Origin: Piedraia hortae CBS 480.64
Lineage: Eukaryota
Direction of reading: 5' to 3'
Assembly (NCBI GenBank): GCA_010093745.1
Contig: MU006015.1
Coordinates: 12,184 to 76,183, forward strand
Length of the DNA: 64,000 bases
The position numbers were made by a program, and so were the translations under genes. This document shows positions 45,846-57,269 of the stretch, piece by piece. Numbering within the stretch: position 1 is the first letter of the stretch; every line of letters begins with the position of its first letter. The notes under the pieces were generated by a model, which did not search any database, was not told the origin of the DNA, and saw only the letters and a program-made list of their open reading frames with translations.

Positions 45846-48800
45846 TTACAGGACATGGCGTCCGACATTGGTCTCAAACTGGTCGTCTGAGAGACGACGA
45901 TGCACGTCTTCCCAGAGGGCTTGCATTTGCGCTGTTTCAGCATCGGGTGGAGTCGGTGCGTCGTCCAAATTGTGCGACTGCTGGCCCATTCGATGTACTC
46001 GTCCTTCTTCTTGAGTCTGTGCCCGTGCTGCGAGCGATACCTGGCTGCCGCTGCGCTGCATCGATGGCGGTCGTTTGCTGGCATCTTCAGCATCCTCGTC
46101 CGGCCCCAGCTCGACCGGCCATGTCTCCGTCTCGCGCGTTTCTGGATATTCTTGCTCGAAGCGCTGAATCATGCTCTGTAGTGTCTGGTCCACGAACAGC
46201 AACCGGCGAAACGAAATCTCGTCTGTTTCCGCGGCCAGTGCTGGCTGAAGCCTTTGCCGAATCTTTCGAGCAGACCCCAGCAGGTTCTTGCTGACCTTCT
46301 TGGCCTTGACACGCTGTTCCTCGCATGCCTCGGGGCTTGCCGCGCTGCTTGGACGGCCCTGTAGGTCATTGACCTTCTCGCCCAGCACATACTGTAGCGC
46401 CTTCACAACGCCGGTGCCTCCAACAATGTAGCTGTCGCTTGACGCGGCCTCGATATCGGCACCCTCGACGTGACCTACGAGGTGCATGAGCACGTCAGGC
46501 ACTGTGATATCCTGCTTGCCTCCGTGTGCATCGAGGTGCATCCTAGCTCCTGATGTGCTCTCAGCGCCGGTAGCTTCAGCCACCGTAAACCGTTCGAGGT
46601 TGCGCAAGGAATAGGCCACGACCTGCTTAGCAAGTGCCTTGACGACTTCGCTGTTATCGTTGCTCGGCACGTCTACATCAATGCATATCAATGTGCCAGA
46701 AACCCTTGCAGCCGCCATCAGACTGGCATACAAGGCGCAAGCTTCCTCCTGCAAGGCCTCGCTTGTTGCGCTGGCCAAGCCCTGCAGCTGCGGGTTTTCA
46801 AGTATGTTCAAGTGTGCCAGACGCGGACCATCTGGCAGGCAGTCTGCGAGTGCGATTGCCTGGCGCGGGCTCATGTTCACATCGGCCAGGTGGAGCCGCT
46901 TGAGGTTTTTGAAGTGAGACATGTACTGCCTAAACAGTGTGATGGTGTCGTCTGTCATGCACAGCTCCGGGTTGTGACTGAGGTCGAGAAACAGAAATTC
47001 AGGCAGGCGGGCAATGGCTGGGAAAAGCTGTTTGAGGTCAGATGCGACCAGATTGCAGCCGGCCAGGCCTAGCCCCCAGAACGGGATGTCAGACTCGTGT
47101 CTAGTGGGTAAGGCAGCGGCAATTGTGGCCACTCGGCCTCTAAGATCATTCCCTCCAATGTCGAGCGCCTGGCAGACACCGGAGCGGATATAATGGATGA
47201 CGTACTGCAGTCCCTCGTCGTCGATCTGATGACCTGCGAGGCCTAGACGTGACGTTCCGCACACAATGGCGCCATCCACCACCTTTCGGATCTGGCCTGA
47301 TGTGAGCCCACATTCGCTCATCAGCAACTCCTCCAACCTGCGTCCTCCGGGCCGCTCGGCTACGCATCTCGAGAATATGTCAGCGGCATCATGCGTGTCT
47401 GAAGACGATGGCAAGTGCTCCATGCCCAGCGTTTCCGGGAAGGAATTCATGCTGAGGTCGAGGCTCTTAATGGATCGGCACATGTACAAGAAGAGACAGA
47501 TATGCCTCCAGCCCGCGCCCGAGATGCGAGGGTTGTTCTTGAGCACCAGCTTCTCGACGACGCCGCTACGCTCCGTAAAGAGCTTTGGCTGGAGCCTTTC
47601 ACGATGCCGCGGCACGGCCAACCTGCGACCGCCGGCCTCGGGTCTTTTGGCTGCTAACAGGCCTGCCAAAATGCAGCGCAGGCTCTCATCCCCCATATCG
47701 GCGTCTTCGAGGATCAGCCGCTTCACGGGCACCACAGCCAGCCAGTCGCCCAGAGTCACAAAGTCGGCCGGCTGCAGCCTCGAGCGCGTCAGGTTCAAAC
47801 AGCCGACGACGCCGGGCTCTGAAGCTACGGCAGCGCGTGGATCCATTAATTGTTCTGTGATTCGACGGAGAATCGGCGTCTCTCGCAGCTGACAGCAACG
47901 CCGATAGATTCTGACTGGATTAGTCGTCGGGTGGTCGGCGGGCGTTGCTATCGGCGCATCTGGCAGCGGTACAGATGTAGGAGCCCCGTCCGTCGGCGGA
48001 TTGGGCATGATAACCGGCACACTCCCCTGCTCAATTGCCATCCTTCGCTTGTTTTCCTGTCGGACCTTGCGCTCCTCTTCGAGCTTTTTCTTCTTCTCTT
48101 TCTTCCGGCGGCTTGTTGCCGTCGGCGGAGACGAGCCAGGGCTGCTCTGGCCGCTGTCGCCGTCGCTGGTCCCGTTATCCCGTTCGCCTGATGTAGGTCC
48201 CCCATCTGCCTCCTTCTCTTCCGTCAGGCTCCGGGATTGCTTTAGGGTTTCGCCCTCGGCCCGGTCGCTGAGCTTGCTTCGAACTGTTTGCTGCTCACTG
48301 TTCGGGTTCTCCTGTGATGTGCCTTCGCATGCGGGTCGCGCGTACCCGACCACTTCGACGTCGACGCAAAATGACACTTTGCGAAGGCTGCCCGGGTTAA
48401 GCTCCGGGAGACAATGCCGCGGCCGGTTTGGGTCAACGTTTAGGACACAGCGCTGTGGCACGCCGCATTTGCGATTGCTTTTGGACGCATGCGTGAGGGA
48501 GCCGGTTGATTTCCGCCGTGTCAGGCTAGAGAAGAACGAGTTTGCGTCTTTTGCTTTGGCGCTGTTCAAGGGCTCGGGACGCTCCACCTCTTCTTGGCCG
48601 CCGTCGCCCGTCTGCGAGGAGAATATCTTGGTGCCAAAGTTATTGAACCACGACGGCCTCCGTCCCACTTCAGCGCTGGCTGACCTCCCAAAAGACCCGG
48701 TGCGGGCAAGGATTCCCGGCCTCTTCTCCTTGGGCCTGAGCTCGGTCGATTGAGTGGGGGTCCGCTGTTCGACCAAAGGGGAGCCGCCGGAGACGGATGT

Positions 48801-48986
48801 CAAGCTGGCGGAGTGTTGGTGGTGGGGTCGGTGATGGACGGGCTTGGGCGGCGTTATTGGCGCCTTTTGCTGTCGCGGCTGCTGCGGCGGCTGCTGCGGC
48901 GGCTGCGGCTGCTTCTTCTGCAGCGGACTTGACTTGGGTCCTGGCCGATGCAGCCACGAAACGTCGACGCCGTGTACTTCCTCCAT
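45846..48986 (-). CDS. MHP1: Mhp1/Gip3-like RNI-type leucine-rich-repeat protein with a PP1-docking motif
   Basis: MEEVHGVDVSWLH start, RKVSFCVDV (RVxF), IYRRCCQLRETPIL and multiple LRRs. Confidence 0.82.
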   Translation of the reverse strand: MEEVHGVDVSWLHRPGPKSSPLQKKQPQPPQQPPQQPRQQKAPITPPKPVHHRPHHQHSASLTSVSGGSPLVEQRTPTQSTELRPKEKRPGILARTGSFGRSASAEVGRRPSWFNNFGTKIFSSQTGDGGQEEVERPEPLNSAKAKDANSFFSSLTRRKSTGSLTHASKSNRKCGVPQRCVLNVDPNRPRHCLPELNPGSLRKVSFCVDVEVVGYARPACEGTSQENPNSEQQTVRSKLSDRAEGETLKQSRSLTEEKEADGGPTSGERDNGTSDGDSGQSSPGSSPPTATSRRKKEKKKKLEEERKVRQENKRRMAIEQGSVPVIMPNPPTDGAPTSVPLPDAPIATPADHPTTNPVRIYRRCCQLRETPILRRITEQLMDPRAAVASEPGVVGCLNLTRSRLQPADFVTLGDWLAVVPVKRLILEDADMGDESLRCILAGLLAAKRPEAGGRRLAVPRHRERLQPKLFTERSGVVEKLVLKNNPRISGAGWRHICLFLYMCRSIKSLDLSMNSFPETLGMEHLPSSSDTHDAADIFSRCVAERPGGRRLEELLMSECGLTSGQIRKVVDGAIVCGTSRLGLAGHQIDDEGLQYVIHYIRSGVCQALDIGGNDLRGRVATIAAALPTRHESDIPFWGLGLAGCNLVASDLKQLFPAIARLPEFLFLDLSHNPELCMTDDTITLFRQYMSHFKNLKRLHLADVNMSPRQAIALADCLPDGPRLAHLNILENPQLQGLASATSEALQEEACALYASLMAAARVSGTLICIDVDVPSNDNSEVVKALAKQVVAYSLRNLERFTVAEATGAESTSGARMHLDAHGGKQDITVPDVLMHLVGHVEGADIEAASSDSYIVGGTGVVKALQYVLGEKVNDLQGRPSSAASPEACEEQRVKAKKVSKNLLGSARKIRQRLQPALAAETDEISFRRLLFVDQTLQSMIQRFEQEYPETRETETWPVELGPDEDAEDASKRPPSMQRSGSQVSLAARAQTQEEGRVHRMGQQSHNLDDAPTPPDAETAQMQALWEDVHRRLSDDQFETNVGRHVL

Positions 48987-49542
48987 ATTTCGTCGGCCGC
49001 TCAGTTGCTTGCTACCGCCAAAGTAGTGATGTTGACCGCGGCGCCATTGCGCTGCTGAGCCGCTGCGTAGAAGTTGTGAAAGAGGGTCTGGACCAAGCCG
49101 GTCATCCAGGGAGCGGTCAAGCAGACATTGCTCGCGGGGCGTCGAGCAGCTCCCGCAAAATTCCTGCATTCCGGGCCGTCTCGGCTAGCCTTCCCAACTC
49201 GGCGCAACCCCGCCAACAGCTGACAGCAATTGACTGACAATTGACAATCACGCGCTCGACTTGCGCAGGTCTGAAAGACCCATGGGCTATAGATAATCGT
49301 AAAGTCCAACTAAAACCCCTATAGTTTGCGCCCGTGGTGGTCGCTGTGCCCTGGCCGTCCATGAACGAACCCTCCTTCCAAGAATATCGAGCCGTGGCCC
49401 ACTTCCTGTTGACTTGCTTTGCCCCTTGCCCGTTGCGTCCCGTTTCGAGAAATTCCGAATATGTAGGATTCGAATCAGGAATTGTCCCGTAGATTATCAG
49501 AGCGAACCTCTCGTTGAAATATGTTACATAGTCCATGCCTAC

Positions 49543-51226
49543 TCAACAAAGCTCAACCCTACATACGCAAATGCGATTGTCTGCAACGCGTCCGGCCCAC
49601 CCAAACAGTAGAGTAACCCTGCAAAATAGTAGCCGGTCGCAAAGTGCTTGAATTCCCTCAGGGCCCCGACTGAGCAGTTCGCTCGGCTCGAGTTCCAGTA
49701 AGTCTTGCCATGCTTGCTCGCTGAACAACATCCGGCTGCTATCGACACTTGCTGTTTCATCAACAAATCGGCCAATCGCTCTTGGATTAAGTCTCAGTGT
49801 GACTTTCCTCATGCAGTCTTTGCACACGACATTCACAGCATTGGCATAAATGGTAGAGCCGCAGCACTCTTCGCAGAACATCGAATTTCGCTTCCAGCAA
49901 TCGTAGAGTCTTATCTCGCCTACCACCATGCTCAGGCACCCTTGAATGTTCTCCTCTGGTGCACAACGCCCGGACTCATCAAGCTCGGCAACCGTGTATA
50001 GCGGGCGGAGGCTGCTCTGCCACAAGTCTGTAGCCTCGAAGGCGGTCGCGGGGAAGGATATATTGACTTTTTCCCTGCTACGCTGATGTGAAAACCATCG
50101 ACGCAACCAGTCCGCATCGGGAATTGCAGGATCAACGTGAACCACGGTTGAAGGGCAAAGTCTCAAATAAGCCTGTTCTGGTCAGACATTTTTAACTGCA
50201 GTAATGCGCACCAAACGCACCTTTTCTCTGACCAAGAGACCCGGGTTTTGCAGCAAAACAATCGTTTTCCCTTCAACCCACTCTTGTCGAGAACACGTAT
50301 GCTCTGCTGTGTGTTCTCCTTTGCCGTGACAATCACCCATGTGTGGCGAAAGAGCAGCAAGCCCCCAAAGTTCGAAAGTTGCATCAGCAGTATGGTCTTG
50401 GACTTGGACGGCTGTATTCTTGACAAGGCTATCATCCTTCCGTCGAACTCGAGCATCACAATTAGTGGAAAATTTTTTGCCAAAAGCCAAAGCCACTCAC
50501 CGTGTTTTAAGCCTCCAACAGATCTTACCACGACTAAAATCTTAGCATCTGACACTTCTGACCCACCGTTCAGAAAGTTTTGCAGTGTCATCAATCCATC
50601 AAGTGGACGTCCGGCCTGATAGCCAATTGGCAAGGAACACAACTCACCATTATCCGCCTGTTGTACTTCTAGATGGCAGCCGCGGTCTCGTTCGGGAAAC
50701 AAGGAGGCAAGGAGTGGTGGTTTGTGCTTGAAAAGCAACAGGTCCGCATTCTTACTTACTTTGCGATGCAACATAAGCACTCTACCACCAATGTATCACG
50801 GGTAACTTACTATGATCGGTCCATACGGAGATCAGTGATCCAAGCCTAAGCCTAAGCTTTCTCCTCTCTTTGACAAGCCATACACGGACCTAGTACATTA
50901 GAATGCTGTGAACCATCTCCGAGGCAGATAAATGGGCATCAGACCGTTATTGTGCCCGTGTGATCCACGAGGCAGATATTTGTGCACTCAGACATCCTCG
51001 CCTGGTTGGGGAAATCAAAGAGATTGGCAACACGACCAGTAAACGTGACAGCGCGAGACCCTGGCATCAGTTCACCAATCTCATGTTGGATGTAATGCAC
51101 CTTCGGCAGCCATTGGGTAGTAGGCAATTTACGCAATGCCTTTTGGATCTCTTCAGAAGTGAAACCATCACCAATCGTTTGAAAGTAGGATGCGATTGAC
51201 TTCGTATTCCCTTCACACTTAGCCAT
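49543..51226 (-). CDS. MEIOB-like (RPA1 paralog) OB-fold ssDNA-binding protein; five exons
   Basis: Stitched exons give VTFTGRVAN, ILVVVRSVG...VQDHT....ELWG...EWVEGKTIV...TVVHVDPAIPDADWL and a C-terminal OB fold with CEECC...CKDC and DET motifs. Confidence 0.72.
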
Positions 51227-51560
51227 GCTGAACCACGTACCGAAGTTTTCAAGTGTCAAAGGGCTTTGCATGCTGTAAATTCTACATGTGACGTGCCTCA
51301 ATTTGAGTCATGCTGAACAAATTATTATAATTGTGAGCAGATGTGTACCTGCATACAAATCTCTACGGAAAACTAGTTGACGCGTGAAGTCGAGAGCCGA
51401 GCGCCGGTTACTAATAATGCGCGTGATATACCGCATATTCACAACACAAATGAGGAAGGCACGACCTGGACCAGAGAATGAATTTCATGGATTTGTAGCG
51501 TAATGTACAAGGCCCTGCGTCAGAACAGTGGCCGCCTCGATGATTACCCTGCTTCTCAAT

Positions 51561-51947
51561 CTATTGTTTTTCCAGGGCACCTCCTTGCTGTGCCATGGCG
51601 GCATTCTGCTCTTGGAACCTCTCACTTAGCCTCTCCGATCCCTTGATGAACTTGTCCACGCAGCGCATGACGCACCCCTCCTCGTTGCTTAGTAAACTTT
51701 TAGAGCTGAAATCCGAGACACAGTCGTTGAAGCAACGCTGCACCAGATTGGAATACATCTAGACATCGTCAGAACAAGATTCGAGCTAGTCGTGGGTCCT
51801 GGCGACGGCTCACTGTCATGAAGTCCTTCATCTGCTTTTGCTCCAAGCGCGACTGTAGGTCTCGCTGCTCGGCCTGAGTGAGTCTGTACTTGTCAGTTCG
51901 TAAGCCGGTGTGATCACCTTTCCCGCTTACCCAGGTAAGCCAGACAT
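51561..51947 (-). CDS. TIM9: Mitochondrial intermembrane-space small TIM chaperone Tim9
   Basis: [23 protein letters not shown]...[12 protein letters not shown] twin CX3C; two introns. Confidence 0.93.
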
Positions 51948-53642
51948 ATGCGCAACGATCAAATGGGTGAATCGTGAGGCGTTGCGGTTTGTAATAAGTG
52001 TGGCAGGCGGTCCGGAAAATTACCTGCCCGCGTTAGCGGAATCTGCCCGTACATGAAAACACCAGGTTTACAATCAAAAGCTTGCACGTATAATACTACA
52101 CGTAGTTTCACCATAGGCCAACAGCTTGTGCAGCTAATGTCGAAGGACCGAAGGGAGAACGACTCGCTGGACGAAGGACACCCATATCAAAAATGGGCAA
52201 ATAATTAATCAACAAGATCTCGGACCAAAGCAAGGTAGGGCGTTCCAAACCATCACAGTACATATTTATTGGACGCTTTGAACCATGAAATGCCGAGAAT
52301 TGATTCTATCAGAAAGTGTACAGTGTAATACAGGATTCCACAAAGAGCTTGCTGTCTCCAGATCCGGGACATCCACCTTTTTTCGTCTGGATTTAGAGCG
52401 GGCACCAACTTCGCATGGCAGAATTTGATCTTCAACAATGTGACGGCGGTGGAAATCCTGGTCTCGGGCATTGCTGAATACTGGCACCTGTTCGAATCGA
52501 GGCACCAGAGCCCATGATCAGAGAAACTGCGGCATGAACGCCTGAACGTGTCCTGGGATAGGATCATCCACTTGCACACTCCATTCTTAGCTCAAGAACG
52601 CACTCCAGCAGAGATCACCCTGGAAAGTCGGCTTGTTTTGAGGGCATGCGAATGATGTTCGTGCTCGGAGTCATGATAAGTAGCTTAAGGAGCGGTGCGG
52701 CACATAGCTGCCGATAGAGAAACATTGGTTTCGTCCAAGGCTCTGTAACCTCATAGCTGGCTCATACAATAATAGGAGGTCAAGCAGTCTACTACAAAGA
52801 AGAGTCAGCTGTGACCAGTTCCATCCTCTTGTAATCACACGCTACCAGATTTTCATATCGCTCTGTGTTGATGATACTATTTGCTCGATCATATCCGAAC
52901 CTTCCGAGGGTAGATGGTCCACAATTGCTGGTTGTTGTAGGTCAAAGTTCCTACGCGCCTCATACAGCGTCGAGTTTGAATAGAAGCTGACTTTCTGAAC
53001 CCATGTAACTGCGAGGAAGACATGATACGATTGTTGCTATGCACCAATCTGGCGCAGTTGCTAGAAGAAGCCTCTAGAATACAATGGTCGTTACGACCAG
53101 AGGTAGCTAGAAGCGCAATTTGGCGACAATGTAAGCGGGCTGAGCAGACGGTAGTGGTTTTTCCACGGCGGAAAACAAGCTACCATGAATGGCACATCCA
53201 AGCCCGTCATCGGGGATTATCTGAGTAGAAATGCGTGGATGTGGGCGTGCACGACGATCTTGGTGGAGGCGGAGCCGCTACCACCGACATCACCCATTTA
53301 GCCACGCACCTAGTCCACGTGCCCACACAAGCGTCCCGTCGACAGCTGTGATCGTGTTCCTCGCAGCGCCGCGGTCTCCATTTGTGGCGCACACGCAACG
53401 CGGACCGTTGACTGCGGCGTTTCCGTTTCCACAACGCACCCAAGACGCGACCTGTCGAGTCAGACGCGACACGCCGCCACCGCCCCGCAAGACCGTGACT
53501 TCACGCGGCACTAAAGCAGCAAGACAGTTGGCACACGACAGCGCGACGTCTTGGCATCTTGACTACGTGATAGTGTGAAGGTGTGACGGCGTGACAGCGC
53601 GGCGGCCGCTGGATGTGAGGGACGCGACGGCGGACTCGCACC

Positions 53643-56365
53643 ATGGCCAACGTGGGCGGTGGAGGTGCAAAGCCGTCGGCATCGTCACTGCAGAGCGAAA
53701 GCGTGCAGCAGAAGAAGGACCTCGCGAGCTGGTGGCGGAACTTCAAGCGCAGCGACAAGAAGGTGGGCGAGCCGGAGCAGCAAGGTAGGCGATTCGCAGT
53801 TTCGCCCCGGCTGGCCGCTGACGGAAACCAGTCACCCAGAGCATCTTCGGCGTGCCGCTGCAACAGTCGATCAACAATGCCAACGTGGCCATCTCGTTGC
53901 TAGACGACAGAGGCGAGAGCTACATCTACGGCTACGTGCCCATCGTTGTGGCCAAGTGCGGCGTGTTCCTCAAGGAGAAAGGTAAGGGCGGCAGGGCGGA
54001 GCGGTGAAGCGGCGGATAGGGCTGACGCGGGGCAGCAACCGATGTAGAGGGCATTTTCCGCCTAGCCGGCAGCGAGAAGCGCATCAAGGAGCTGCGAACG
54101 GCCTTTGACTCGCCCGACCGCTACGGCAAAGGCCTGGATTGGACCGGCTACACGGTGCACGACGCGGCCAACATTCTTCGCCGCTACTTCAACCAGCTGC
54201 CGGAGCCGATTGTACCGCTCGAGTTCTACGAGCAATTCCGTGAGCCGCTGCGGAACCATCAGGCGCAGGCGGTCGGCTACATTGAGTCGCAGAGCCCCAG
54301 CATCGGCGACTTTGACATTGGCGCCGCAATCCGCTCCTACCAGCGGCTCATCACCGAGATGCCGCCGCTGAACCGCCAGCTGCTGCTATACATACTGGAT
54401 CTGCTGGCCGTTTTCGCCAGCAAGTCGGACCTCAATAAGATGACGACGCAGAACTTGGCGGCCATCTTCCAGCCGGGACTGCTGAGCCACCCGCAGCACG
54501 ACATGGCGCCGCGGGAGTACCGCCTCAGCCAGGACGTGCTGATCTTCCTCATCGAGAACCAAGACAGCTTCCTGATTGGCATGCAGGGCACCGCCGCCGA
54601 CGCCGCCACCGTTCGCGACGTGCAGAGCGGCACGCCCGTCACCCAGCCATCGACGCCCACCACCCCGGGCCGCTCCAAGACGGTTCTCGGCCGATCTTCG
54701 TCAAACGCCAGCGCCGGTGCTGAGAGCGTGCGGAAATGGGGCAACGTGCGCCGCAACGTATCAGTGTCCAGCAAACATAGTAAGTTGTCTGATACGGCCA
54801 TGTCGGCCGCCACGACGCCCACGGGCGTCGGCGTTTACCGCAGCAACACCATGCCGTCGCGGCGCGGCAATGCATCCCACTCGCCGCGCTTCTCGCGCGA
54901 GAGACCCTCTGCCTCTGCCGCTCTGGTCTCGGATGCCGCCATCCCTGCTGCAGCAGTCGCAGCCCCTGCGTCAGACCCCGCTGCCGCTACTGGGACTGAT
55001 CCAGTCTCAGCCCAAGCTGTAGCTTCCCAGCTAGGCACCGAGACGGCAACTCCGCAGCTGGTGTCGAGCCCAGGAGCACCGCTGCAACATGCACCAAGCT
55101 CAAGGGCACCACCACCGCAGCAGCTGGTGGGTGCTTCCGTTGCTCAGACGTTGCCATCTGGCGAATCGGCTGCCGAAACTGCTGAATCTTCAGTTGCGCC
55201 CCAGGGTTATGCCACGCCGAAACGGGACGCCGTGCCCTTGGTGGTACCGCCGGGCTCTGGTAGTGAGCATATTGATAACCCGGCCGCATCTGCCGTATCG
55301 CCCGGCCGAGGTCTTCTCGATATCTTCAAACAATCACCTACCAGCGACGGTGAGGGCAGGAAGCCTAAGAAGCTCCAGAAGAAGCGCGCCATCGGCTCTT
55401 CACTGTCAAGTGCGCATTCATCTTCCCAGTCCCTCCACCATGTCATTTCCCACGAGGCACCCCAGTTATCACCTGCTTCGCCCAGCTTTCCGCCCGTCTC
55501 GCCCAGCCATGCACCCCATTCCCCGAGCATCCTGCCTGTGGCCCCCGTCACCTCCGACCTTCAGCGCGGGCGGCTGCCTCACGACCAACCGCAGCACCAG
55601 CACCAGCACCAGCACCAGCAGCTAAGCGTATCGACTTATGCCACTGCTCAATTCACCCCGATGCGGTCACCATCGGAGCATTTCAATGCAGTCACCTCAC
55701 TTCGCCCTGCCACCTCACCAACGCAGTCATACCGCTCTGCAGACTTGTCGGATGCGGACATGGCAGGCGATGATCTGCCTTTGAATGCGCTGGAGCAGCC
55801 TGGGAAGGCGAAAACGCGGCACATGTGGCGCTTTTCAAAGTCCCCTTCAAGAGCAACGCCGCCGCAGTCCCAGACGCCTGGCATCTCAAATTCGGCAAAA
55901 GAACATACCCACTCCAAAAGCGCGCATGTAGGTATGGGAACATGGCATGGGCCCAGACTGAGTTTCCAGGAGCCATCATCGTATGCCTACGCAAGTACGG
56001 ATACAGGCATTGGTACTCCAAAGCAACAAACATCAATGTCGTCTACGGACCACGTCTTCTCCGACTCTGAACGGGAACGCAGAGGACCAATGTCCTGGTT
56101 ACGTGGTAAGCTCCAAGAACGAAGAGACAAGGAGGCCGAAAAGCGAGCCAAAACGCCCGAAAGACCACGGGATCGGGAGCGTGCCCAAAGCAAACAAGAC
56201 CTACGGCTGCCAGCCGAAGCTATACCAGTTCGCGGCAAGTCATTGGAAAACCAATCTACAAAGGCTGTTGAAAGGCCTCTTGCATCCCCGACTCAGCCAG
56301 TGGCGCCTCCTACATCAGTTCAGGCTCAAGGTGATGGGTCGGCCAATGGCAATACTCTGACTTAA
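53643..56365 (+). CDS. SAC7: Rho GTPase-activating protein, Sac7/Bag7 type
   Basis: SWWRNF, IFGVPL, YIYGYVPIVVAKCGVFLKEK, EGIFRLAGS, HDAANILRRY and NLAAIFQPG; two introns. Confidence 0.9.
55592..55621 (+). repeat. (CAGCAC)n coding repeat encoding a Gln-His tract
   Basis: cagcaccagcaccagcaccagcaccagcag within the RhoGAP tail. Confidence 0.85.
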
Positions 56366-56553
56366 TGAATGGGGGGATGTACGTATACGAGCTAATTGTT
56401 CAACTGGTGTTACGATCCAGAGTCTTGAAGTAATCCAAACCTGTTTTGGCGTAATGTTTAATTATCAATATGACTTGAACAATTGGCTCTGGCGGGCTTG
56501 ACCAAGCTTTCTATACCCTTTGACAGAGTCACCGTGTTGAAGTGGCTGATTAC

Positions 56554-56561
56554 TGACGTCA
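56554..56561. promoter_or_regulatory. Perfect ATF/CREB (CRE) palindrome upstream of the microprotein gene
   Basis: TGACGTCA about 200 nt upstream of the ATG at 56762. Confidence 0.45.
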
Positions 56562-56761
56562 GAGGAAGTCTGCACGTGCTGCCCCTGTGCGTTGGTGTGG
56601 CTGACTGTCACTAGCGCTGTGGCTTAACGTTCACTTCTTGACATTTTCAATCTCCGCCCCAACCTCAAACTGCAAAATACCTACATCTTCCATCCGAGAC
56701 CAGTCTACCTTGTACCTGAGCGACCTTTGACATATCCAACGTATCTACCGAAGCTTTCGCA

Positions 56762-56946
56762 ATGGGTCTTCAATGGGTCAAGTCGTGGGGAGGAAGGCAT
56801 GGCGGTACGTACGCTTCAAGGCCTAGGCACCCCCAACTCAATCAGCAGCTAACGCTTGAGCAGGAGGAGGGATTATCGTGGACCGCCATGGCATGCGTCG
56901 TCTGCCATTTCGCTTTAGCCTCGGCGGCCTCAACTGCTTCAAATAA
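56762..56946 (+). CDS. Putative 41-aa Gly/Arg-rich microprotein, two exons
   Basis: gcaATGG start context; intron 56805-56863 (GTACGT...GCTAAC...CAG); spliced product MGLQWVKSWGGRHGGGGIIVDRHGMRRLPFRFSLGGLNCFK. Confidence 0.65.
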
Positions 56947-57269
56947 TCGGCTCATCGATCGGCCTGGCGGCGAGACCAACACCTTACGATGACGATCAAT
57001 GGCTCAACATCTTCATTGCAGTCGCCATCACTCCCAAGGATGGTCCGATACGACGTTCTAATTTTGTCATGAGAAAGCCGGCCACCGAGTTTCTGGACCT
57101 ATACATGTTCTATTAGCCTTTCAATCGATCCGTTGCACATTCACACCGTAGCCGTTCCTCGTCAATTATCATGTCCTTGAGCAGCACAATGGATCGTTGA
57201 TCCTACACATGTTTGGGTTTTCAGCTATGATTTGATCGTGTCACTAGCCTAGGTGACGATGCACTCGAC

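Noticed and set aside
48876..48915. GGCGGCTGCTGC-type repeat giving poly-Ala/Cys-Gly ORFs in other frames
   Set aside because: It simply encodes the Gln/Pro tract of Mhp1; not a CRISPR array or separate gene.
52253..52579. Short ORFs between TIM9 and the RhoGAP
   Set aside because: No recognisable homology or convincing splice structure.
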